This document shows, in pieces, positions 19,824 through 28,957 of a stretch of DNA of 64,000 bases; positions within the stretch are counted from its first letter, which is position 1, and each line of letters opens with the position of its first letter. The position numbers and the translations under genes are program-made. The DNA is taken from NCBI GenBank assembly GCA_964291405.2, contig OZ219926.1, forward strand, positions 2,816,001 through 2,880,000. Direction: 5' to 3'. The notes below the pieces were generated by a model. The model made no database searches and was not told the origin of the DNA. It saw only the letters and a program-made list of their open reading frames with translations. The stretch is from Thermodesulfobacteriota bacterium. GTDB taxonomy: Bacteria; Desulfobacterota; Binatia; Bin18.

Positions 19824-20291
19824 ATGGAGAGAAAAATTGTCGGATTTCATCGTGATCCGAAAAACGATTGGGCCGCCGATCTCGCCTGTGGTCATGGGCA
19901 GCATGTGCGCCACAACCCGCCGTTTGAAAACCGACCCTGGGTCGTCACCGAAGACGGCCGCGCGTCCAAGCTTGGCGTGACTCTCAACTGCGTTCGGTGT
20001 GACGCGCTCGAACTGCCCGACGACTTCAGGCCGTACAAGCGAACGGCTGTTTTTCAGGCCGAGTCCGTTCCGGCCGGACTGACCTCATCCCACTCCACGA
20101 AACCGGGTGTGTGGGCAAAGATTCAGGTCCTGGCCGGACAGCTCAGGTACGTTGTGACAGAGCCCATCAACCAGGCGTTTCTCCTGGATTCTGAGCATGT
20201 CGGGATTATTGCTCCCGAAGTTGTCCATTATGTCCAGCCCGAAGGGGCGGTTCGATTTTACGTTGAATTTTATCGCAAACCCGAAGCGTAG
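19824..20291 (+). CDS. DUF3565 plus DUF1971 (TehB-N-like cupin) two-domain protein
   Basis: WAADLACGHGQHVRHNPP...RPWV...LNCVRC followed by YKRT..F...VPAGL...HSTKPGVWAKI...FYVEFY. Confidence 0.7.
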   Translation: MERKIVGFHRDPKNDWAADLACGHGQHVRHNPPFENRPWVVTEDGRASKLGVTLNCVRCDALELPDDFRPYKRTAVFQAESVPAGLTSSHSTKPGVWAKIQVLAGQLRYVVTEPINQAFLLDSEHVGIIAPEVVHYVQPEGAVRFYVEFYRKPEA

Positions 20292-20506
20292 CGACAAAGC
20301 GATGATCTTCGGACGTTCCTTCTTCTCGTGTCAAAGCCATGACCCCAGCCATTCACGCCCTCAAACGCGCCCGGATTCTCTTCTTTGGAGGAGAGGTGCC
20401 GAACCGCCTTGCGGGTTGACGGACTGACTATTTTGGAGTGAAATCGAACTCTTATCGGGCCACGCGCTTGTGACTCGATCAGCACGAAGGCTCTTGCCGA
20501 GAAGAC

Positions 20507-22158
20507 ATGCCAATCAGATCACTCACACTGTTGTTTCCGGTAATCGTCGGCTGTCTCATCTCCTCTTGCTCCCTGACACCAAATCGAATGCCCCCGATTC
20601 TCGAAGCAGCGATGGAGTTACCCGACGAGTTTGCCGAAAGTGAAGTTGCCGGCTCATACGAGCCGCTGGAGTGGTGGAAGGCGTTCGCCGACCCGGTTCT
20701 CGACCAGGTCATCGAAGCGGTGCTGGCCTCGAACTTCGACCTCGCCGAGGCGGTCGCCCGGGTCGACCAGGCCAGGGCGCGGGAGCGTATCGTCAAAGCC
20801 CCGGCGTTTCCGCTGCTTCAGCCTTCGGTGGAGATCACCGATATGGAGACATCTACCAATGCGGGTATTGCCGCGTACCTGGACGAATTGGGGGTGGGTT
20901 CCGACGTATACCGCGATTTTGGCTTCGAGATTCCCGATCGGATCGGCCTGACGACCTACGACCTGGGTCTTGACATCTCCTACGAACTTGACTTCTGGGG
21001 CCGCAATCGCAACGACGCGCATGCCGCCGGTGCCGAGCGGCGGGCTTCGGAGTCGGACTACCTGACAGCCCGCATGGGGTGCTGGCCGAAACCGTGCGCA
21101 CCTACCTGGAGATCGTCGACCTGCGCCACCAACGGCGGCTGGCCGGCGAAGTCGTGGAAATCTTTCAGCAGCGGGAGTCCTTGGCCGAGTCTCGTTACGA
21201 CCGCGGGCTGACCGGTGCACGCGCCCTCTATACGGCGCGGCAGAACCTGAGCAACGCGCAAACCAGGGTGCCGCAAATCGAGGCGCTGTTGGCGGACGCG
21301 AAAGGCCGACTTTGGGTGCTCCTGGGGGGGTACCATGCGGACCTCGCGGGCATATTGCCCGATTCCCTGACGCCCTCCGCCGCGCTCGACCCGGTTCCGG
21401 CAGGCATTCCGGCCGACCTCCTGGCACAACGGCCTGACGTCAACGCGGCAAGGCAGCGGATGGAAGCAGCCCGCTACACCGTTGGCGCACGCCGCGCGGA
21501 TTTGCTGCCGAGCTTATCCCTGTACGGTTCCATCGGGCTGCAAAGTGCCGAGGCGGGCGAGTGGTTCGACCCGGATCAATGGTTCCGGAACCTGAGCTTC
21601 AACTTGCTTGGCCCCGCATTTCAAGGTTCACGGCTGCGCAGCAACGTTGATCTCGCCGAGGCCCGGTGGAATGAAGCTGCCGCCGCCTACGGGCGTTCCG
21701 TGGTCAGCGCGGTCAACGAAGTCGAGGCCGCCCTGGCGGGGCTGGAGGCCAACCGCCGCCGGCATTCCCTGCTGGCTTCCAGGACGCAAGAGGCTCAGGC
21801 CGAAACGGTGTTGCAGGAACGGCGTTATGCCTCCGGAGTAGGTAGCTATGAGGATTTCCTGACGGCGACGCACACCCTCCTGGGCGCGCAATCCGCGCTG
21901 GCAGCGGCGCAGCGTGACCTGGGGCACGCGCGTCTTGTCCTGCATCGCGCGCTGGGGGGCGCGTGGACTGCAAAGAGTAAACGTGTCCTCCAATCACACA
22001 AAAAAGCGGGACACGTTTACTCTTTCAACGAAGGGGAAGCCATCCAGCAGAGTAACCTAGCTCCTGACACCAAGGAGGGAACGTGTCCTTCCTCGACCGG
22101 CAGATGCGGGACACGGTCCCTCTTTCAACCGCGTCGGCTTGTGAGCGCCCCGGAGTAA
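20507..22158 (+). CDS. Efflux outer-membrane lipoprotein (NodT/TolC family), frameshifted at about 21076-21080
   Basis: Lipobox ISSC, WWKAF.DP.LD, SYELDFWG; then in another frame LAETVRTY, PADLLAQRPDV, LHRALGGAW; the G-run ATGGGGTG lacks one base. Confidence 0.82.
21972..22025. repeat. 54-bp palindromic element, family A, copy 2
   Basis: Perfect 17-bp arms AAAGAGTAAACGTGTCC / GGACACGTTTACTCTTT, 20-nt spacer. Confidence 0.85.
22072..22125. repeat. 54-bp palindromic element, family A, copy 3
   Basis: AAGGAGGGAACGTGTCC-N20-GGACACGGTCCCTCTTT, exactly 100 bp after copy 2. Confidence 0.8.
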
Positions 22159-22164
22159 ATCACC

Positions 22165-23379
22165 ATGTCCCGCATTTTCAGCTTTGTCATTGCCGGCGCC
22201 ATCCTCAGTGTTTCAGTGGCGTTGGCGGCTTTTCTCATTTCACTGGCACCCGAACCGACCCGCACTGAACCCCCGCCCCAGATCCCGTTCGCGCAGACGG
22301 AACTGGTTTCGGCCGGCACCGGTCCCATACCGGTCTACGGGTCCGGTACCGTGAGGCCGAGCGCTGAGATCGGTATCGCACCGCAGGTGGGGGGGAAAAT
22401 CGACTGGGTGGACCCGGGATTCCAGAGCGGGGGACGGGTAACGGCGGGCCAGACGCTCATCCGCATAGAAGAGGCGGACTTTCTGTACCGGGTGCGGGAA
22501 GCCGAGGCCAATCTCGCCGCCCGGCGGGTAGCCCTCCTTGAGGAGGAGGAAAAAGCCGAAATTGCCCGAGTCCAATACGAACTGTATATCGCCGGCCAGG
22601 GAGATGCGGATGCGACGTCAGCCGCGAATCCCCTCACGCTGAGAGAGCCTCAATTGAACGCGGCGCGTGCCGCAGTGAGCCGCGACGAGGCCCGGCTCGC
22701 TGAAGCCAATCTTGCCCTGTCCAGGACCCGGGTCACGGCACCGTTCGACGGCTTCGTACGCGAAGAATCCGTGGACGTGGGACAAGTCGTCGCCGTCGGC
22801 CAGACCGTCGGCCTGCTTTTCGCTGCGGAGGCCGTGGAGGTGGTCGTGCCCTTGTCCGATTCCGACGCGGCACTGATCGCGGGACTTTGGGATCTCAGGG
22901 CGGGTGACGGGGTGCGACGGGTGGCGGCCCGTGTGGTCGCCCAGTACGGGGACGGGAGCTACGCCTGGGAGGGGTATGTGGATCGGGGCGAGCTATCCCT
23001 GGACAAACAAACGCGAACGATAGACGTGATCGTGCGTGTACCCGAACCGTTTACAACTGGTGTCCGGACGGACGGCTCCGATGTTGTCGGTGAGCGCCCT
23101 CCCTTGCTGGTAGGCAAGTTCGTAGATGTGGAAATCCACGGCCATGAATTGGATGGATACTACCGGGTGCCGCGAGCGGCATTACAATCTGGCAACGAGG
23201 TTTGGATTGTGAATGATGGCGGCGTGGTGAGTATCGTTCCGGTACAGGTCCTACAACGGACCAACGACGAGGTATATGTGACCGGCACCCTTGAAAGCGG
23301 CCAGACCGTCATCACCGGTGGAATCCGGTTTGCCACAGAAGGCATGCGCGTCCTGACGGCAGCTGACCCGACACCATGA
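22165..23379 (+). CDS. RND efflux periplasmic adaptor (membrane fusion protein)
   Basis: N-terminal TM, GTVRP..EI.IAPQVGGKI, TRVTAPFDG, TRTIDV, VPRAAL. Confidence 0.9.
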   Translation: MSRIFSFVIAGAILSVSVALAAFLISLAPEPTRTEPPPQIPFAQTELVSAGTGPIPVYGSGTVRPSAEIGIAPQVGGKIDWVDPGFQSGGRVTAGQTLIRIEEADFLYRVREAEANLAARRVALLEEEEKAEIARVQYELYIAGQGDADATSAANPLTLREPQLNAARAAVSRDEARLAEANLALSRTRVTAPFDGFVREESVDVGQVVAVGQTVGLLFAAEAVEVVVPLSDSDAALIAGLWDLRAGDGVRRVAARVVAQYGDGSYAWEGYVDRGELSLDKQTRTIDVIVRVPEPFTTGVRTDGSDVVGERPPLLVGKFVDVEIHGHELDGYYRVPRAALQSGNEVWIVNDGGVVSIVPVQVLQRTNDEVYVTGTLESGQTVITGGIRFATEGMRVLTAADPTP

Positions 23380-26300
23380 GTCCTGACAACGGCCCTCACA
23401 CGGAACCATCCGGCCCGATCGCCTACATGGCTGGCAACAGTGTCGCTGCCAATCTGTTGATGTGGGCCATCATCGCCGCCGGGCTGGTGTCACTGACCGG
23501 TCTGGAGCGCGAAGCGTGGCCCACGGTCCCATTCTACCATGTCGAAGTTTCAATGCCCTATCCCGGCGCCACCCCGGAAGAGGTGGAGGAGTCGATCATC
23601 GCCAAGATCGAGGACCAGGTCAGCGGGTTGGATGATGTCAAGGCGGTCAAGTCCGTCGCGGCCCCAGGTATGGCATCCGTGCGTATTCAAATGGATTCCC
23701 GTACGGACATGGATCGAGCGTTGGACGATATCGAGTCTGCCGTCAATCGTATAGAGTCTTTCCCGGCTGGTGCCGACCGTCCCCAATTCAGGGAGATGAC
23801 CAACCGCCAGAGCATGATGCGGCTCATCGTGTATGGCGATGTGCCCGAGCGCTCGCTCAAGGAATTGGCGTACCAGATCGAGGACGAACTCACGACACTT
23901 CCCTCCGTGTCCCAGGTCGAGGTCAGTGGTGTTCGGAAATACGAGATCTCTATCGAGGTACCGCTGCATCGGCTGAGAGCCCTTGGACTGACACTCCCCG
24001 GCATCGCCACCACGATTCATCGCAGTTCCCTGGACCTTTCTGCCGGCAGTATCGATACCAGGGAATCCCAGGTGCGGGTCCGGACCCTCGGCCAGAACTA
24101 TGACCAACAGGATTTCGAAGAGATCGTCCTTCTCAGCGGCAGTGACGGCACGGTATTGCGCCTCGGCGACATCGCCGAGGTCCGCGACGGTTTTCAGGAA
24201 ACCGACCTGATTGTCCGGCACCAGAACCATCCCGCCGTATTCGTCGAAGTCTACCGGGCCGATGATGAGCACGTGATGGATGTCGCCACGACCGTCCGAG
24301 AGCACCTGACGAACGAGGTGGTCCCGGCTCTGCCGGACGGTGTGGGCATCACCATCTGGAATGACGAATCCCAGGCCTATGAGGAACGCGCCGCTCTTCT
24401 CCTCAAGAACGGAGTTCTGGGCCTGTTGCTGGTGTTGATCGCCCTGAGCTTGTTTCTCGAAATTCGGCTCGCCCTGTGGGTCGCCGCCGGCATCGCCATT
24501 TCGGGTATCGGCACCCTGGCCGCCATGCTGGTACTCGACTATGCAATCAACACCATCAGCCTGTTTTCGTTTGTCCTCGCCATCGGTATTGTCGTCGACG
24601 ACGCGATCGTCGTAGCCGAGCACATTCAAGTACGAACGCAAGCGGGGAACACCCGGAGTCGCGGCGGCGATCCGCGGCGTCACGTCGGATCAAAGTGCCG
24701 TTGACATTCGCGGTGCTCACTTCGGTGGTGGCGTTCGTCCCACTACTATTTATCCCTGGTGGCGTCGGTAAGGTATGGGAGGCACTGCCGGTCATCATGA
24801 TCGCCATGCTGCTGGTTTCTCTGGTCGAATCGCTGTTCGTGTTGCCCAACCACCTATCCCACCTTCCCGGCCCGGACTGGGTGCCGACCAGCGCCTTCGA
24901 TCGGTTCTTCGCACGGATTCAGAGTTGTGTAAACGAATTGCTGAACAAGTTCGTACAAGGCCCCTTGGGTCGGGCGCTACAGTTTGCGACGGACCAGCCT
25001 GCGGTGACGATGGCGGGGGCAGTGGGAATGCTCATATTAAGTATCTCTCTGTTACCGGCGGGTATCGTCCCTACCACATTGGCCGCTGACGTCGAGGGGG
25101 ATTTCGCAACGGTCACTCTGGACATGCCCGATGGGACGACCGCGCCGAGGACATACGAGGTGGCGAAGGAACTGGAGGCCGCGGGCCACCGGGTCATCGA
25201 ACGACTGTCGCGCGGCCGACCCGAGGATGCACCTCCGTTGCTGACCGGCGTCACGGTGACCGTCGGACAGGGGCCGAGACTTGAGGGTGGGGGACTGAAT
25301 CCCGAGCCCACCCTCAATCCGCGGGCCAATATCGCCACCATCGAATTCAAACTCCTGGGCGCACAGCAGAGACAGCTCTCCACCAGAGAGGTCGTGCAGG
25401 CATGGCGCGAGGAGGTGGGAGTGCTGCCCTACGTGCGCGGTATCACCTTCAGCGGCGAGCTCATCGACCTGGGCAATCCGGTCGAGGCCGTGCTGTCGCA
25501 TCCTGACCCGGAGCGCCTCGCCCAGATCGCAGACTCCGTGGTCGATGGTCTCCGTGGAGTGAGAGGCATCTACGACATCCGTTCGGATCACACCCCAGGC
25601 ATCCCGGAAATACAGCTCGAACTGCGGCCGGAAGCGCGGACCCTGGGTCTCACGCTTGAAGAGTTGGCCGGGCAGACGCGCGCCGCATTTTTTGGAGCAG
25701 AGGCCGTCCGGGTGCAACGCGGCCGGGAAGAGGTCCGGGTCTACGTGCGTCTGCCCGCCGATGAGCGGAATGCCATCACCGATGTCGAAGGATATCTGCT
25801 CCGTACGCCGAGCGGGGCCGAGGTCCCGGTTACCAGTGTGGCCGTGCTGAACCCAGGCGTATCGCCGCCGGCCGTTCGACGGAGGGATGGTCAGCGCGTC
25901 GTCACGGTCACGGCGGACGTGGACCCCACGGTGATTTCCGGCGACGAAGCCAACAGCATTCTGACCAATTCGATCCTCGCGGACTTGACCGCCGTGTACC
26001 CGGACCTGACATACACGTTTGGAGGTGAACAACAAGAGCAACTCGAGTCCGTAGGTGCGCTGTATCGCGGGTTTGCGATTGCCTTACTCATGATTTTCGT
26101 GCTGCTCGCCATCCCCCTACGCTCCTATACCAAACCGTTCATCATCATGGCCGTTCTCCCGTTCGGGTTCATCGGCGTGATCCTGGGTCACTGGGTCCTG
26201 GGAGTAGCCCTGAGCGCAGTATCCTTTATGGGTATCTTCGGCCTCAGCGGCGTGGCTGTGAACGATTCCCTCGTCATGATCGATTTCATCGATCAGAAAC

Positions 26301-26614
26301 TCAGAGAAGGGGTCCCGATGCGCACGGCAATCATAGAGGGTGCTAAAGGGCGCTTTCGTCCGATCATGCTCACTTCCGTGACGACTTTCCTGGGCTTCAC
26401 CCCTCTCATTCTGGAACGCTCCATTCAGGCCCAGTTCCTGATCCCCTTTGCCGCGTCGCTCGGTTTCGGCATTCTCTTCACCACGGCCATCCTTATGATG
26501 GTCGTTCCGGCGTTATACGCGATCCAATTCCGGCTGATTTCTTCGCGTGGTAATTCTGGTGTCCCCGACACCTCGGTACACGCCCGATCCGCGAGCGAGA
26601 GCCTGCACGCGTAA
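23376..26614 (+). CDS. RND efflux permease (AcrB/AcrD/AcrF-like), with two apparent +1 indels at about 24629 and 24682
   Basis: YPGATPEEVEE, GIVVDDAIVVAEHI (TM4), GVAVNDSLVMID, RFRPIMLTSVTT; bridging segment YERKRGTPGVAAAIRGV lies in the third frame. Confidence 0.88.
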
Positions 26615-26759
26615 GCAAGCGTACGAACTCTGGACTGTAGACGATGTTCCTACTGAAGGACATTTTTCTACAGTTTTGCTATACAAGCGATCAGGCGCTG
26701 TGTATCTTCCATCAGAGACTCCTTAAAAAGTGCGCACAATGGAGGTGACACCCTTGGAA

Positions 26760-28754
26760 ATGAGGACTCTGAGCTTCGCTGAAGACTTTTGTTTGCTGAT
26801 GTTTGACGACGCCTCCGGAGGCCTCTGCCCGCTCCGGGGGCGAACGATGGACTTCGGTTTGGCGGCCGCCGTCCTGTTGGAGTTGGCTCAGCACAATCGT
26901 ATCGAGACCAAGCCCAACAGTCTCTCTGTGGTCGATGCATCGCCGATTGGCGATCCCGTGGCGGACCCGGTGCTGGCCCAGGTCGCGTCGAGCGGACGGT
27001 CCGGCTCTCCGGAATACTGGGTACAGCGCATAGGGCTTCAGTCGGGCTCGCAGATAGCCGAGGCCAGCTTGGATCGGCTCGTAGAGCGCGGAATCCTGGA
27101 GCGGATCACGGGTGGCCTCTTCTTCCTCACCTCTGAGGTGGCACGTTCGCGACGCTACCCCAGGGCAACAGGCCGCGGCGCGGACGAAGTCCGCGTCCGG
27201 GTGATGCGGACACTCTTCAGCGGCGAGGCTCCGGACCCTTGGGATGCTGATCTGATAGGGCTCGCCGAGGCCTGCGGTGTCTTCAGGCTTATCCTGAGCG
27301 CGGCCGAGTTCGACAACGTGAGAGGTCGAGTCGAGAAGATGCGGCCGCCTAACCCGCTCTGCCACGCCGCTCAGCAGGTAGCCGCTGACGATTTGGCCAC
27401 GCAAGAGCCTTCGCGCCGAGAATTCAAGCCGATACCGGAGGTGCCGGGACTGCCGATCCTCGGCAATGCCCTGGGCATGAGCGGCGACCTGCAGGCATAC
27501 CTCGACGGGCTGTACAAACAGTACGGGCCGATTTTCAGTCTTCGAGCGCCTGGCCTCCGGGTAGTAGTCATGGGAGGCAAGGAGGCGATAGCGTTCGCGA
27601 TGAGGTATTCGCAGACGCACCTGCGTAGCAACCGGTCGTTCGCCGTCTTCTGCGAGGCGATGGAGACCGACCGGTCGATCATCTCCATGGACGGTCACGA
27701 TCATATCAAACTCCGGCGCCTCGCCCACGCCGGCTACGCCAGGATGACGGTCACGGACAACTTGGCGACGATCATCGACGTCGCCCGTCGCGTCGTTGCG
27801 TCCTGGCCCGTCGCCCAACCCCTTTCGGTCTATCCGGCAATGCAGGAGATTGCGATTCCGCAACTCGGAACTGTTGCAACCGGGCTCGCGCCGACTGAAT
27901 TCGTCGACGATCTCAGGTACTGGTTCGACTCGCTCGTCATCGCCATGCGTCAGGATCGGCCGAAGTTCATGCGTGACTACCGGTTGCGAAAGGTGCGTCC
28001 CAGAATCAAGGAACTCTTTCGCCAAGCCGTGGAACTACACGATCCGCAGCGTCGCGAGGGGTGTCCCCGCGATCTGATCGATGAGTTCCTGGAGTTGCAC
28101 AGGCGCGATCCGCAGTTCCTCCCGGAGACCGATCTCATCTCCTCGGTGGTCGCCCCATACATCCAGGCCCTGGACCCCATCGCCGGCACCCTGGGGTTCG
28201 CTTTGCTTCGCTTGCTGGCAGAACCACGGTACGCCGAAATACTCCAAAACGAGGCGGATGAAGCGTTTGCCTCGGGGCTGGCCGATGCCGACGACATTCA
28301 CGGACTGGATATGACATACGCGTTCCTTGCCGAGGTCATGCGCTGCCGCACCATCACGCCGATCATCCTGCGCACGGCGTGTAACTCCTTCGAGTTCGAG
28401 GGTCACTGGGTACCCGCCGGTACGCCGCTGTGGCTGGCTCCGGGGGTGGTCCACAACGACCCGGACTACTACCCGAACCCCGACCGATTCGAACCCGAGC
28501 GGCACTTGCCGCCACGGCTCGAATCCCAGCAGAAGGGCGCTTTCGTTCCCTTTGGAATCGGTCCGCATTCCTGCCTCGGAGATTCATTTTCCAGAGATCA
28601 GATGGCGGTGACGCTGGCCACGCTTCTGCACTGTGCCGAATTCGGCCGCTATCCGGTTGGAGACAGTCGCGTGAGAATCACCTCATACCCGTCGCTCCGT
28701 CCGCACGGCAAGTGCCGCATTCAGATAAAGCGTCACCGGCTCGCCGCTCAGTAA
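26760..28754 (+). CDS. GPP34(GOLPH3/Vps74)-like domain fused to cytochrome P450, paralog 1
   Basis: N-terminal about 210 aa LSFAEDFCLL.FDD..G, GLAAAVLLELA...RI, GDPVAD, LDRLVERGIL, RYP; C-terminal P450 with PGLPILG, EVMR, FEPER, FGIGPHSCLG. Confidence 0.82.
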   Translation: MRTLSFAEDFCLLMFDDASGGLCPLRGRTMDFGLAAAVLLELAQHNRIETKPNSLSVVDASPIGDPVADPVLAQVASSGRSGSPEYWVQRIGLQSGSQIAEASLDRLVERGILERITGGLFFLTSEVARSRRYPRATGRGADEVRVRVMRTLFSGEAPDPWDADLIGLAEACGVFRLILSAAEFDNVRGRVEKMRPPNPLCHAAQQVAADDLATQEPSRREFKPIPEVPGLPILGNALGMSGDLQAYLDGLYKQYGPIFSLRAPGLRVVVMGGKEAIAFAMRYSQTHLRSNRSFAVFCEAMETDRSIISMDGHDHIKLRRLAHAGYARMTVTDNLATIIDVARRVVASWPVAQPLSVYPAMQEIAIPQLGTVATGLAPTEFVDDLRYWFDSLVIAMRQDRPKFMRDYRLRKVRPRIKELFRQAVELHDPQRREGCPRDLIDEFLELHRRDPQFLPETDLISSVVAPYIQALDPIAGTLGFALLRLLAEPRYAEILQNEADEAFASGLADADDIHGLDMTYAFLAEVMRCRTITPIILRTACNSFEFEGHWVPAGTPLWLAPGVVHNDPDYYPNPDRFEPERHLPPRLESQQKGAFVPFGIGPHSCLGDSFSRDQMAVTLATLLHCAEFGRYPVGDSRVRITSYPSLRPHGKCRIQIKRHRLAAQ

Positions 28755-28908
28755 AGTCCCCATCGACGCGAGTTTCTCTTGCCCGGGAACGAGTGTCAAC
28801 GGTGGCAGGATTAGGAGTTGAACTACTCCGGCTTTCGGCCGAGCACAGAGTACATTGGCGTGAATATCCCCAACCGGTCGGATTCTGCAGACACTACCAA
28901 GATAAGAC

Positions 28909-28938
28909 TTGTCCCTCCCTAAACCGGAGAGCTATAAT
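28909..28938 (+). promoter_or_regulatory. Putative sigma70 promoter for the P450-2/sterol operon
   Basis: TTGTCC-N18-TATAAT, about 20 nt upstream of ATG 28958. Confidence 0.45.
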
Positions 28939-28957
28939 ACAGCAAGGGCGAAGACCT

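Noticed and set aside
21070-21085. Programmed ribosomal frameshifting or phase variation at the OMF, RND and flavoprotein breaks
   Set aside because: The homopolymer runs are short (3-4 nt), no slippery heptamer with a stimulatory structure is evident, and these families are not known to use recoding
21972-22125. Possible mini-CRISPR array (repeated units 100 bp apart)
   Set aside because: Only two degenerate units, each itself a long inverted repeat; other copies are dispersed and no cas genes are present
26712-28025. Long antisense ORFs (also 23550-24683, 25052-26041, 16781-17803, 60028-60960)
   Set aside because: Shadow frames opposite well-supported genes, expected in GC-rich DNA, with no recognisable motifs
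28430-28957. N-terminal extension of the 850-aa ORF (likewise 33091-33510 and 36633-36911)
   Set aside because: These overlap upstream genes in another frame and are low-complexity Arg/Pro-rich; better starts with a promoter or coupled overlap exist at 28958, 33511 and 36912
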